Shown here: piece by piece, positions 39,824 through 50,570 of the stretch
How positions within the stretch are numbered: the first letter of the stretch is position 1
Layout: every line of letters starts with the position of its first letter
NCBI GenBank assembly: GCA_012839865.1
Contig: DUMO01000024.1
Span: forward strand, 19,075-83,074
DNA length: 64,000 nucleotides
Reading direction: 5' to 3'
Origin: Clostridiaceae bacterium
GTDB lineage: Bacteria; Bacillota; Clostridia; CAYPLH01; DUMO01
The notes under the pieces: generated by a model
Told to the model about the DNA's origin: nothing
Databases searched by the model: none
Seen by the model: only the letters and a program-made list of their open reading frames with translations
Position numbers and translations under genes: made by a program

Positions 39824-40777
39824 TTACACTCTGTTCCTTGCTTCACCCTTTAGGAATGCTTCAATATTGAGGTAAATTTCATAAACCAGTTTTTTTCTGG
39901 CTTCAACGCTTGCCCAGGCAATATGCGGAGTTATAAGCAGCCTGTCGGGATTTTTAATTTTAAGAAGCGGATTATTCTCTTTTATTGGTTCGTTCTCCAG
40001 CACATCCAATGCTGCACCCAAAATAAGTCCTTCATCAAGCGCCCTGGCCAGGCCGGCTTCATTTACAATAAATCCCCTGCCTAAGTTCAGCAAGATCCCG
40101 GTGTTTTTCATTAATTTCAATTTCTCATATGTTATAAGATTTCTTGTTTTGTCATTTAAAGGGGCATGAATTGAGACAATATCCGATGTTTTCAAAAGTT
40201 CATCCAATTCAACCTGTGGGTAATCAGGGCTGTTATTTCTGCCTGAAGTTGAATAGTAAATAACCTTGCACCCAAAGGTTGATGCAATTGAAGCTACTGC
40301 TTTGCCTATTGTGCCCAATCCGATAATTCCCCACGTTTTGCCTTTTATCTCCCAGAAGGGTCTGGAAATGTTCGTGAAGATATCACTTTTAGCATATTCC
40401 CCTGACTTTACAAAGCTGTCATAATAAGAAAGCTGTTCAAGCAGGTAAAAAAGCATTGCAAATGTGTGTTGAACAACGCTGTTTGTGGAATAGCCTGATA
40501 CATTGGTTACGGCAATTCCTCTTGACTTTGTGTACTCCAGATCAACATTGTTTGTTCCTGTTGCTGCAATGCAAATGAGCTTCAGCCTGTCTGCATTTGC
40601 CAGGCTTTTTTCATTCATCAGAACTTTGTTGGATATTACAATATCCATATCCTTAACTCTCTCCAGAGTTTCATCCGGTGCGGTTGTCTTATATACTGCC
40701 ACATTGCCGAATTTGTTAAAAATTGAAAGATCAACGTCATCTCCCAGGGTTTTTGCATCAAGAATACAAATATTCAT
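39824..40777 (-). CDS. D-isomer-specific 2-hydroxyacid dehydrogenase (glycerate/hydroxypyruvate reductase-like)
   Basis: An NAD-binding motif ([13 protein letters not shown]) and the catalytic R/E/H arrangement of the 2-Hacid_dh family. Confidence 0.85.
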   Translation of the reverse strand: MNICILDAKTLGDDVDLSIFNKFGNVAVYKTTAPDETLERVKDMDIVISNKVLMNEKSLANADRLKLICIAATGTNNVDLEYTKSRGIAVTNVSGYSTNSVVQHTFAMLFYLLEQLSYYDSFVKSGEYAKSDIFTNISRPFWEIKGKTWGIIGLGTIGKAVASIASTFGCKVIYYSTSGRNNSPDYPQVELDELLKTSDIVSIHAPLNDKTRNLITYEKLKLMKNTGILLNLGRGFIVNEAGLARALDEGLILGAALDVLENEPIKENNPLLKIKNPDRLLITPHIAWASVEARKKLVYEIYLNIEAFLKGEARNRV

Positions 40778-41091
40778 ACTTTACACATCCTTTACTGCAT
40801 TTTTTATTTTAGTATTTACGATATAAAAAAATGTTGTCAACAGACAGTTAAATTGTACCACAAATTGGATACCATGACCAGAGCAAACCTGTACAGCTGA
40901 ACAGGTACCCTGTACCGGTTTCCTTTATGAAAAATCATATGAAATAAACTTGGAAGAAGAGAAATAGTAATAATAGAACAGGGTAACCGGAAAATACGGT
41001 TACCCTAAAAAAATTATGAGGTAAGAATTTGTTTGTAAACTTGATATATACACAGGTCGAAATCTAGTCCACAAAGTGTTGTTTTCAATTG

Positions 41092-41137
41092 ATCTGACAG
41101 AAATAATGCATAACCCATGCTGTTATTTCTGTCAGAT
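41092..41137 (-). terminator. Perfect 15-bp-arm hairpin 3' of the lyase gene
   Basis: ATCTGACAGAAATAA, a 16-nt loop, then TTATTTCTGTCAGAT. It lies 40 bp after the lyase stop and has no strong U-tail. Confidence 0.45.
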
Positions 41138-41176
41138 GAATAAATATCAATCAGGTTTGGTATTTGCAAAGCAGTG

Positions 41177-44100
41177 TTATTCTGCAGTGCTGTTTATTAC
41201 CACCTTGCTGAGGTTGATTGACCAATATGGTGCAGCAGGCGGATCATTACCGTCATGGACGGTTTTATTGAGTGCGTTTACTTCACCGGTCGGTCTGATC
41301 TTGATCTTATATATACCATCGCTCAGCACAGGGCTTGTGTATATGAGCACATCCGAGGTTTTAGCTTCCGCATACACATCTACAAGCTGCTCTGCAATAA
41401 CAACTTTATCATTTGCATCAAGGATGCTGATTGCAACGATACCTCCATATGGGGCGTTCTCTGCGTATACCGATATGCCAATGCCCTTGAATTTGTAAAC
41501 TACATACGCATCTGTGGCACCCCTGTCATTGTATATAGTCTTAGCCCCGCTAACTGCCCATTTGGTTGTTGCCTTGCCATGTAAATTCATGGCAGTACCG
41601 TCGGAAAATGTATATTGGTTAAGTTCATCGCCTTGATTTGCCTTGTCAAAATTCAGTGTCACCTCAGTCGCTACTGGTGCTGTGGCTTTGTTTATAACTG
41701 TAATTTTGAAGAGGTTGACAGACCAGTACGGTGCAGTCGGAGGATCATTGCCATCGTTGACGGTTTTGTTATTTGTATTTACTTCGCCTGTAGGTCTGAT
41801 CTTGAGCACGTAGACACCCTTGGCAAGTTCGGGGCTGGTGTACACAAGGGCATTGGCTTCCTTGGCCTCAGCATACAGGTCCACAAGCTCTTCTGCCTGT
41901 ACAACCTTTCCGTTTTCGTCAAGTATGCTTATTGCAACAATTCCGCTGTACGGAGCCCGTTCAGCATACAGCATGACCTGAGTGCCTTCAAATTTGTAAG
42001 CCACGTAAGCATCTGCCGCACTCCTGTCGTTGTACAGGCTCTTTCCTCCACTGACGGCCCATTTGGTTGTTGCCTTGCCATACAAGTTACCGGCAGTACC
42101 GTCGGAGAATGTGTACTGATTTACTTCTGTGCCCTGGTTTGCTTTATCGAAGTCCAGAGTCAGCTCTTCCGGGGTCTCCTGCTGGGCAGGTGTCGGTGTC
42201 GGCGTAGGTGTTGGTGTAGGTGTGGGTGTAGGTGTGGGATCAGGTGCCTTGCTGGCAATGGTGACTTTACTTAAATTGATAGACCAGTAAGGTGCCGTCG
42301 GAGGATCATTGCCATCGTTAACGGTTTTGTTGTTTGCATTTACTTCACCGGTAGGTCTTACATTGAGCACATAAATACCCCTGGCAAGTTCCGGACTGGT
42401 AAATACAAGAACATTAGCCTCTTTGGGGTCTGCATACAGATCCACAATCTCATTGTGTACAACGCTGCCATTTGCATCAAGTACGCTTATTTCAACTTTA
42501 CCGCTATATGGTGCGCGTTCAGCATACAGGGAAATCTGTGTACCCTCAAACTTGTAAGCAACATAGGAATCTGTTGCACCCCTGTCGTTGTACAGGGTCT
42601 TTCCTCCACTGACTGTCCACTTGGTTGTTCCTTTGCCATACAAAGTAGCTGCAGTACCATCGGAGTATGTGTACTGGTTGACATCGGTACCCTGGTTGGC
42701 CTTGTCAAAATCCAGAGTCAGTTCTGCCGGTATTGCAGGTGTAGGTTCAGGTGTCGGCTCAGGTGTCGGTAAAGCCGTTCCTTTAACAGCAACACCAACT
42801 CTGCTCACATTCACAGACCAGTATGGAGCAGTCGGAGGATCATTGCCATCGTTAACAGTCAGGTTGTTCTTATTGACTTCACCTGTAGGTCTTATCTTTA
42901 GCTTATATGTGCCCAAATCAAGTCTGGGGCTTGTGTAAACAAGTACATTCTGTTTTCTTGCTTCTCCATAAAGATCAATTATTTCTTCTGCATGTATGAC
43001 TTTGTCATTTGCATCCAGTATGCTTACGGCTGCCTGACCGCTGTAAGGAGCATTTTCACCAAACAGCAATATCTGTGTACCGGTGAAGGTAAATATAACA
43101 TAGCTGTCCGGTGCGGCTCTGTCATTATACAAGCTATTGGCTGAACTTATTGTCCAGTTGGTAGTTCCTTTACCGAATATTGTGGTTCCAGTTCCGTTAT
43201 CATAGGTAAACTGGTTAATTCCGGTACCATGGTTGTCTTTGCCGAAATTGTAATATTCAATTACTTCACCGGGCCATGGAGTCGGTGACGGGTCTGGAGC
43301 GGGTGTAGGTGTAGGAGTCGGAGTCGGTGATGCATCCGGTACGGGTGTCGGTGTCGGTGCTGCGGGTACAGGTATCGGGGTAGGCATCGGTATTATACCC
43401 CAGTAAAGGTTTTCAAGGAAACGGATATCCGGGGCGGCGCCAGAAGCAAGCCTGGAATTTCCGCTTGCACTTAAAGTCCTGGATACGGCATAACCTTGAA
43501 TATCAGAATTGCCACCCAGCGCGAGTTCTGCATTCGGTGCATAGATAACACCTGCATCAACTTTTACATTTCCATCAGCTTTCACTGAACTTCCACCTGC
43601 TACGAGATTGCCAACCAGTTTGCTGTTCCCGCCAAATTCAACATCAGCCTTCTGAGCATATATGGAGCCGTAAATTGCAGTATTCCCGCCAATAGTTACC
43701 TTATTGCTTCCCAGATAGTAAATTATAGCATCGTCGGGGTTGCCTCCTGCATTGATTCCCATGCCTTCAATCTCAATACTGTCTTTTACAAACAGAATCA
43801 ATTTGCCATTCCCTGTTTTGTTTATTTTTATGCTTCCATTCTGGGCTATTTTTAATGTATTGCAGGTTATAATTATATCCTCGTCGCCAATATCCACCCA
43901 TAACGGCTTCCTTATCAGTACATTGCCATAGGCAGCACTTTCGCTTATGGCAGCTTTTCCTACAGCTAATGGACTGGTGGCCAGGTCTCCCCTGTTCTCG
44001 AGAACGGGAACATCAGGAGCATTCGGCATGCGATAATCTCTGCCTGCTGATGCAAAGGTCTCACCCTTCACAGTTGCAGAACCGGAAACAGATATGCCAT

Positions 44101-46462
44101 CATTGCCTGCATTCGTACCCAGGTTACCGGTTATGCTTGCTGAACCTTGCAATTTGATATTGCCCAGTGAGAAAATCATATCCACCTTTGGTACACTGAA
44201 ATGTACCGTTCCATTTACAAGGCTGATATCAAAAGTACCCTGTGGAACATTAACTGTTACCCATCCATCACCTTTTGCCTTAACATTGGCGGTCTCGCTT
44301 CCGAGTTTTACTCCGGATATTCCGGGGTAATAGAAGGTCACATCTGTTCCGGGAGATACAATACAGCCATTTTTATCGTTCATGTAGATACTTACATTAT
44401 CATTCGAAGTAAAGCCCTGTTTCAGGGAAGATCCATCGCTGAAGCTCTTTCCGCTTCTTACAAAATAGAAGCCTGTTGAGCCCTTATCGTTGCGATACAT
44501 TGCAGCAAGACCCTGGAACGCGAAGTTGTCATATTTAACTTCTTTTGCTCCTGAAGATTCCAGAGCATAGTCTATTGCATTGCTGTTATGATATATAATT
44601 GCACCGGAGTAATCATTTCCGGAAATGCTTATCATGTCTGCTTTCTTATGATTGGCATCACTTGGGAAGAGTACTGTAACAATATTCTTCTTCCCTGTTG
44701 TTGCATCAGTTGAATATGTTGAATACAAGTACCTTGCAATAAATGAATTGCCATAACTTCCGATGGCGCCCTTCTTAATTTCGGTATAATCAGGCGCAGT
44801 GCCCAGGAAAATGTTTAAATCGACGTTTTTTCCGGTTATCTTGTTCACAGTCCATTTATACTCTTTGTCGGGGTGAACCACAGTGTAACTGTCAGACGGC
44901 GGATGCAGTGCAACATGCGCTGTCTTCCCGGGAGTTTTTGCCGTCAGCTCATCAAAGAGAACCCAATACCCGTTGTTAACACCATCAGAAGATATTGAAA
45001 CGAGGTTCCTGATATGCTTGCCATTTGCCAGGGCTCCTCCTGAATCTCCTGATGCGTAGCTCAAAAGGTCGGATACAAAACCTTCAGATATTCCGGCGCC
45101 ATATTTGGCTACATGGTCATTTGTTGCCGGCGGGTTGTATTCATTTGTAAATTTATAATCTATAAGCGCTGTATTGCCTGATACAGCCCTGTTGCTTATG
45201 TAATCCCATGTAAAGTCTTCTACTCCGCTTCCCCAGTTGTTGTAGCCCGAGTTAACCAGCAGAAGTTCACCGTATGCAGCAGTATTTATGGCATTGACTT
45301 CCTTATGGCTGTGACCATCGTCAGATTTGGGATTCCACAAAACTGCTCTCAGAGCGTTGGGATCATCAGTGTGCTCAAAAAGGTATGCACCGCCGTCATA
45401 GTAAATCTTGCTCTTTGCAGGTTCTGCTTCAGGCATGTCGGTATCAAGGAGAACATAATTCAGGAAGCGGCCGTTCGGGAGACTGTAGCCCTCCATAATC
45501 CATGCTGCATATTTTGCGGCATCTTCAGAAAATCTGCCTGCCTTGAATATGGAGTATCTGCGGGCCATTGTATTGTTATAGACCGAATCTCCAAATACCC
45601 ACATACGTTTATTTGCAGTTACTGCATGACCATAAAGCCATTCATAGAAACTTTTGATCTGGTAGTTATTGTAGGTATCATAAAGTCCCGTATAGGCCAA
45701 TACGTCCATAAAATACTGCTTGGCATGCCTGTCTGAATTGAACCTGGCGTTTCCGTAACCTGGCCCCGGCAGGCTCACACCGTCTGCTGACAAATAGCGT
45801 GTAACACTGTAAACACCGCTGTTGATAACCTGATTAAGACGTTTAGTGTCATTTTTATAGACCGTCCAAATTCCCCGGGCTCCCCAGAGGGCTGAATCCC
45901 AGCTGAAATCATATGCCCAGAACCAGTCATTCATCTTTTGAAGAATTTCTTCAGCAGTGGTCAACTGTTCCTGGGTAAGTTCAGGATGAATAACATCCAG
46001 GGCAATAACTGCGGCAAAAAATGCAGTACTTGGCATAACGGCATACGTCCAGTTGTTGCTTGCCAATTCATCATATATATTGCCTTCCACACCGCTCTTG
46101 AAATACTTCATTGTGTCAAGTATTTTGGCGATATACTTATCCTTGTTAACTGGATCCAATATGTATGCCAGTGCACAGGTATCCATGATGTCAGCTATCC
46201 TGAAGCACTTGTTTGTGTAGTTGTCAGCCACACTATACACAAGATTGTTTGCATCGCTGATTGCTGTAGTCTTAAGTGACTTCCAGGGTTCCCTGGCAGC
46301 ACGGCTTCTGAGTTCTTCAAACTCTGAAGACTTTACCAACAAAAAAGGGTGCACTTGTTCCGAAGCGCTGATACTTTCAGGAACGACTAAAACTGTCGAA
46401 ACCGTGAAAATAATAACCAACATTAATGTTGATAATATTTTCAAGAATCCCTTTTTACTCAT
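41177..46462 (-). CDS. Secreted multidomain polysaccharide lyase (heparinase II/III-like catalytic region, beta-helix region, and 4 tandem ~165-aa modules joined by PT linkers)
   Basis: A signal peptide (MSKKGFLKILSTLMLVIIFTVSTVLV). The N-terminal 650 aa has an alpha/alpha-toroid plus heparinase II/III-like beta-sandwich character. Gly-rich GGN repeats suggest a beta-helix. PT linkers occur, and four repeats of a W/Y-rich module each end in NDGNDPPTAPYWS. No dockerin or SLH domain. Confidence 0.8.
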   Translation of the reverse strand: MSKKGFLKILSTLMLVIIFTVSTVLVVPESISASEQVHPFLLVKSSEFEELRSRAAREPWKSLKTTAISDANNLVYSVADNYTNKCFRIADIMDTCALAYILDPVNKDKYIAKILDTMKYFKSGVEGNIYDELASNNWTYAVMPSTAFFAAVIALDVIHPELTQEQLTTAEEILQKMNDWFWAYDFSWDSALWGARGIWTVYKNDTKRLNQVINSGVYSVTRYLSADGVSLPGPGYGNARFNSDRHAKQYFMDVLAYTGLYDTYNNYQIKSFYEWLYGHAVTANKRMWVFGDSVYNNTMARRYSIFKAGRFSEDAAKYAAWIMEGYSLPNGRFLNYVLLDTDMPEAEPAKSKIYYDGGAYLFEHTDDPNALRAVLWNPKSDDGHSHKEVNAINTAAYGELLLVNSGYNNWGSGVEDFTWDYISNRAVSGNTALIDYKFTNEYNPPATNDHVAKYGAGISEGFVSDLLSYASGDSGGALANGKHIRNLVSISSDGVNNGYWVLFDELTAKTPGKTAHVALHPPSDSYTVVHPDKEYKWTVNKITGKNVDLNIFLGTAPDYTEIKKGAIGSYGNSFIARYLYSTYSTDATTGKKNIVTVLFPSDANHKKADMISISGNDYSGAIIYHNSNAIDYALESSGAKEVKYDNFAFQGLAAMYRNDKGSTGFYFVRSGKSFSDGSSLKQGFTSNDNVSIYMNDKNGCIVSPGTDVTFYYPGISGVKLGSETANVKAKGDGWVTVNVPQGTFDISLVNGTVHFSVPKVDMIFSLGNIKLQGSASITGNLGTNAGNDGISVSGSATVKGETFASAGRDYRMPNAPDVPVLENRGDLATSPLAVGKAAISESAAYGNVLIRKPLWVDIGDEDIIITCNTLKIAQNGSIKINKTGNGKLILFVKDSIEIEGMGINAGGNPDDAIIYYLGSNKVTIGGNTAIYGSIYAQKADVEFGGNSKLVGNLVAGGSSVKADGNVKVDAGVIYAPNAELALGGNSDIQGYAVSRTLSASGNSRLASGAAPDIRFLENLYWGIIPMPTPIPVPAAPTPTPVPDASPTPTPTPTPAPDPSPTPWPGEVIEYYNFGKDNHGTGINQFTYDNGTGTTIFGKGTTNWTISSANSLYNDRAAPDSYVIFTFTGTQILLFGENAPYSGQAAVSILDANDKVIHAEEIIDLYGEARKQNVLVYTSPRLDLGTYKLKIRPTGEVNKNNLTVNDGNDPPTAPYWSVNVSRVGVAVKGTALPTPEPTPEPTPAIPAELTLDFDKANQGTDVNQYTYSDGTAATLYGKGTTKWTVSGGKTLYNDRGATDSYVAYKFEGTQISLYAERAPYSGKVEISVLDANGSVVHNEIVDLYADPKEANVLVFTSPELARGIYVLNVRPTGEVNANNKTVNDGNDPPTAPYWSINLSKVTIASKAPDPTPTPTPTPTPTPTPTPAQQETPEELTLDFDKANQGTEVNQYTFSDGTAGNLYGKATTKWAVSGGKSLYNDRSAADAYVAYKFEGTQVMLYAERAPYSGIVAISILDENGKVVQAEELVDLYAEAKEANALVYTSPELAKGVYVLKIRPTGEVNTNNKTVNDGNDPPTAPYWSVNLFKITVINKATAPVATEVTLNFDKANQGDELNQYTFSDGTAMNLHGKATTKWAVSGAKTIYNDRGATDAYVVYKFKGIGISVYAENAPYGGIVAISILDANDKVVIAEQLVDVYAEAKTSDVLIYTSPVLSDGIYKIKIRPTGEVNALNKTVHDGNDPPAAPYWSINLSKVVINSTAE

Positions 46463-46618
46463 TCAACACACACTCCTTGCTTAAGTACTTGTGAACAATT
46501 TCAGGCATAAAACACTTGTTGCAGGGTTTCTTACGCAAGTTTAACACTTTGCATATACTTAATAATAAGTACTAAAAAAAATATTGATATATAATTTGTT
46601 TGATTTTACTCGTCTCGC

Positions 46619-47485
46619 CTAACCTTTTATCGAGCCAATCATTACACCCTTTACAAAATATTTCTGCAAGAAGGGGTATACACAAACAATTGGTACAACT
46701 GAGACAATAATAGTTGCGAATTTTAATGAATCTTCATATACTTCAGATTGCCCGCCTGCATACTCAGTATCAAGAGAAGTACCCTGAAGTACAATACTCC
46801 TGAGTATGACCTGCAGAGGCCATTTTGACTCGCTTCTTAAATACAAATACGGTTCCATGAATGAATTCCAATACCCAACTGCATGAAACAGGCTCATGGT
46901 GGCCAGTATTGCAGTGGAAGTCGGCAGTACAAGGTAGAAAAGTATCCCAAGGTCATTAAGACCGTCAATACTTCCGGACTGTTCAATTTCTTCAGGATAA
47001 TTCAGGAAAAAGGATCTCATAACAAAAAGATTCCATGCACCTACTGAAGAAGGCAGTATAATTGCCCAGATCTTATCAATAAGTCCAAGAGCATTAACTA
47101 CAAGAAATTTGGGTATCATACCTCCGCCGAAAAACATTGTTATTACTATTAAAATGTTGAAAAACTTATAACCGAACAACCTGTTTTTCTTGCTTAAAGC
47201 GTAAGCTCCAAGGGTTGTAAGGAGCATTGATGTAAATGTACCCAATACGACATAGATAATCGTATTTTTATATGCGGTATATATCCTTTTATCCCTGAAA
47301 ACAAACTTATATGCTTCAAGACTGAAATCTTTAGGGAAAAGATAAACCTCTCCCCGCATAACACTAAGTTTGCCGGATAAAGATACTGATATCATATAAA
47401 TAAACGGATATATGGTGATTATCACCATAAACACCAAAAAAGCTACTTTCAATACTGTCCAAAAGGAAACTCTTTTTTTGCTCAA
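46619..47485 (-). CDS. ABC sugar transporter permease (LplC/YtcP-like)
   Basis: A binding-protein-dependent transport inner-membrane component with six TM helices and an EAA-like loop. Confidence 0.9.
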   Translation of the reverse strand: MSKKRVSFWTVLKVAFLVFMVIITIYPFIYMISVSLSGKLSVMRGEVYLFPKDFSLEAYKFVFRDKRIYTAYKNTIIYVVLGTFTSMLLTTLGAYALSKKNRLFGYKFFNILIVITMFFGGGMIPKFLVVNALGLIDKIWAIILPSSVGAWNLFVMRSFFLNYPEEIEQSGSIDGLNDLGILFYLVLPTSTAILATMSLFHAVGYWNSFMEPYLYLRSESKWPLQVILRSIVLQGTSLDTEYAGGQSEVYEDSLKFATIIVSVVPIVCVYPFLQKYFVKGVMIGSIKG

Positions 47486-47500
47486 CTAATTCCCTCCTGT

Positions 47501-48451
47501 CTACCACAGACTTGTTTCATTAACGCTCCTGGAAATATAATTGGCTGCAAATAAAAATGATATATTCACTATGGAATTAAGGAGTCCTATCGCAGTGCCA
47601 TAACTATATTGCAGGTTTCTAAGACCGTTTGTATATACATATGTCTGAATGACCTCAGATACTTCAAGATTTACCGCTCCTTGCAGCAAATATACTTTTT
47701 CAAAACCAACCGACATCAGCTGGCCTGTTCTTAAAATCAACATCGTTATGATCGTAGGTGCTATACAGGGAATGTTAATATGAATAATCTTTTGGAAGGT
47801 ATTTGCCCCATCCATAATTGCTGATTCATATAATGTTGGATCAATATTAGTTAATGCAGCAAGATATAGAATTGATCCCCAACCGACTCCTGACCATATG
47901 CCTGAACTGATATAGATGGTTCTCCAATATTTGGGACTCCCCATAAAGTTTACTTTATTTAAGCCCAGGGATTTAATGAATGTATTGAGAATACCTGTGC
48001 TGGGCGATAAAAACATGGTTACCATGCTGACAATAACAACAGTAGATATAAAATGCGGCAAATAAGTTACAGTTTGAACAAATCTCTTCCCACGCTCGTT
48101 TTTTACCTCATTCAATATCAGAGCAAAAATAATCGGAGCAGGGAATCCCCATATAAGTGAATAGAACGACAGCAAAAATGTGTTTCTTACCATTCTCCAA
48201 ACATAGGGATACTTAAATAACGTTCTGAAATGTTTCAGACCAACCCAACTGCTGGCGAAATAACCTTTGAAGGGCTTATAATCCTTGAAGGCTATGGTTA
48301 CCCCATACATCGGCAGATAGTGGAATATTATGAAATATAATATCGCCGGAGCAATCATAATCAGAAGATATTTGCTGTCCTTCAACTTTTTCCAGCGATT
48401 GTTATTTTTCTTTACTGCAGCCATCGAAACGCTTGTTGCCAGTTTTGCCAA
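47501..48451 (-). CDS. ABC sugar transporter permease (LplB-like)
   Basis: A BPD_transp_1 permease with six TM helices. Confidence 0.9.
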   Translation of the reverse strand: MAKLATSVSMAAVKKNNNRWKKLKDSKYLLIMIAPAILYFIIFHYLPMYGVTIAFKDYKPFKGYFASSWVGLKHFRTLFKYPYVWRMVRNTFLLSFYSLIWGFPAPIIFALILNEVKNERGKRFVQTVTYLPHFISTVVIVSMVTMFLSPSTGILNTFIKSLGLNKVNFMGSPKYWRTIYISSGIWSGVGWGSILYLAALTNIDPTLYESAIMDGANTFQKIIHINIPCIAPTIITMLILRTGQLMSVGFEKVYLLQGAVNLEVSEVIQTYVYTNGLRNLQYSYGTAIGLLNSIVNISFLFAANYISRSVNETSLW

Positions 48452-48643
48452 TTAAGCCTCACCTCCGCAAGCTAACGCAAAAACATTTAGCCCTTTCTAA
48501 CTTTTCTTTTTAACTTTATTGAATATTTTTTTTACCTGATGGGTAAATCCATTGATTATTGTTTTTTCCAGTCTCAAAAAAATAACGGTAATTATTATTG
48601 GAGCCAGGCACATTCGCAATGTGCCTGGCACGGTAAGTTAATG

Positions 48644-50194
48644 TCAGGATCCTCCTGTCTGTCTCTTGAATGCAACATTGAGCATATCAAGGTATTCATC
48701 AAGGCCAAGAGTCTTCATTTCCTGAACGTACATATCCCACTCTTCCAACGGTCTTTCGCCAAGGATAAACTTGGAGGCTTCTCCTCTGTAATGGTTTCTT
48801 ATTGCAGCTCCTGTTGTTGCATCTATCGAAGCTTCATCCTGGTTAAGTGATACAGTTGGAATCTGTATATCCTGATACTGCTGAGCCAAACGGTCTGCCT
48901 CTTTCAACTGTTCGCTGGCAAGAGATATGTGAGCATCATAATTAAACCTGGCAAACATTCCGTTTGTTGACAATCCGTATCTCTGACGAATAGTGGTAAC
49001 ATTCACTTTTCCATCATCTCCAGGTATCCATTTGCGCTGGTTGTTAGCGATTTCATAAGTAACTCCTTCTTCTCCCCAGGACAGGACATCAATTCCCTCA
49101 TCGGAATACATCCAATCCATGAACTTCAATGTATTGGCAAGATTGGAATTAATTGAAACAGACATTACTGTATTTTCCTCACAGGAAAATCTTAATTTGG
49201 ACTGCCCGTTTTTACCGAAAGCCGGTGGAGGCATGTACCGAATATCGACTGTAGGGTCAGCCTGCCTCATCTCATCGCCCCAGGTATCAACACGTGCAAT
49301 ATAGTCCAGTGTTAAAAATGCATTATGTGTAGTGAAAATTTGTGACCATTGTTGAGTTGTAAGAGTGTTCCAGTCGGGCGGAATGAGTTCTTCCTGGTAC
49401 AGTTTCTTATAGTATGCCAGCATATCTCTGAAGTTGTCCTCTATCGGCCCAAACTTCCAGACTTTTGCATTCCAGTCATAATATTCTGTGTTGCATGTTC
49501 CCCATGCTGTTGCTGCCATTTTGAAATGGTTGAGATTTTCTCTGAAAACAAGAGGATAGCTTTCCGGATAAAGTTCTTTCAGCTGTTTCAGGACATTATA
49601 GAATTCGTTTTCATCCTTTGGAATCTGAATATTATGTTTTTCGAATATGTCCTTCCTGTACAGCCAACCTCTGAGATTGGTGTTGCCCAAACCCACAACC
49701 GGGAAGCTGTAAAGTCCACCGTCTGCACCCATTTTGCTTATTACAGCAGATTGGTTCTGTTCATAGTATTTTTTAAAATTCGGCAGTTTGTCCATATGTT
49801 CAAGCAGGTTTGCAAATGCCCCGTCAGCGCCGTGTGTATTTGCGTAGGCAGAAGTCCAGTCCCAAACGATATCGGGCAGGCTGTGTGTCGTCAGCAACGT
49901 ATTGTACCTGTCATAATAACCGGTGGACGCAACTGCATCCATTACGTATGTAACATTAGTCTTTCTTTTAATAAGGTCAAGTACATACCAATCTTCCTGA
50001 AAGGGCCATGTGTCATGATAAGGTGCCAATACTGTAATGGTGACAGGCTCATCAAACAGTGTGGAAGAAACCTTTCCTGTTTCATTTGTTCCCGGTGCGT
50101 TGGTAGGAGTGGTGGCCGAGCTTTCTTTCACTGCACATGATGCAAGTGAAAGAACCATGATTAACATTAAAGTTACTGCCAAAAGTCTTTTCAT
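48644..50194 (-). CDS. Extracellular solute-binding lipoprotein (LplA-like, family 1, long type)
   Basis: Start taken at MKRLLAVTLMLIMVLSLASC. This is a lipoprotein signal with an LASC lipobox, and an AGGAGG RBS precedes it. An SBP_bac_1 fold of about 515 aa. Confidence 0.85.
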   Translation of the reverse strand: MKRLLAVTLMLIMVLSLASCAVKESSATTPTNAPGTNETGKVSSTLFDEPVTITVLAPYHDTWPFQEDWYVLDLIKRKTNVTYVMDAVASTGYYDRYNTLLTTHSLPDIVWDWTSAYANTHGADGAFANLLEHMDKLPNFKKYYEQNQSAVISKMGADGGLYSFPVVGLGNTNLRGWLYRKDIFEKHNIQIPKDENEFYNVLKQLKELYPESYPLVFRENLNHFKMAATAWGTCNTEYYDWNAKVWKFGPIEDNFRDMLAYYKKLYQEELIPPDWNTLTTQQWSQIFTTHNAFLTLDYIARVDTWGDEMRQADPTVDIRYMPPPAFGKNGQSKLRFSCEENTVMSVSINSNLANTLKFMDWMYSDEGIDVLSWGEEGVTYEIANNQRKWIPGDDGKVNVTTIRQRYGLSTNGMFARFNYDAHISLASEQLKEADRLAQQYQDIQIPTVSLNQDEASIDATTGAAIRNHYRGEASKFILGERPLEEWDMYVQEMKTLGLDEYLDMLNVAFKRQTGGS

Positions 50195-50570
50195 ATTAAC
50201 ACTTTCCTCCTGTACATTTAATTTTATTAGATGTGAACTCTGCAGAGCATCCGATTTTATTCTATTCACGCCTGGTTTTAAAAACAATAGACATTGTTTA
50301 TGAAAGTGGACATTTAGCATACTATTGCAATTTAACTTCAGGTGCAATTTTATGCTTTTCTTGCTGTAATAACGGTTTAGCTGCACTTCGGATAGACACT
50401 TTTTTTGTTTGTAGACATTTTTATAAATTTGCTGTTCTTATGAATTTACATTTATAAAAAGGAACATAATTGTTCCAATGTCTGATAAAGTGTACTAAAC
50501 ATCATCAAGTTATATGGCAACAGAAAGGCCTTATTGCAATTTTTATGAACATCATGCCCGGTAAGACCTT

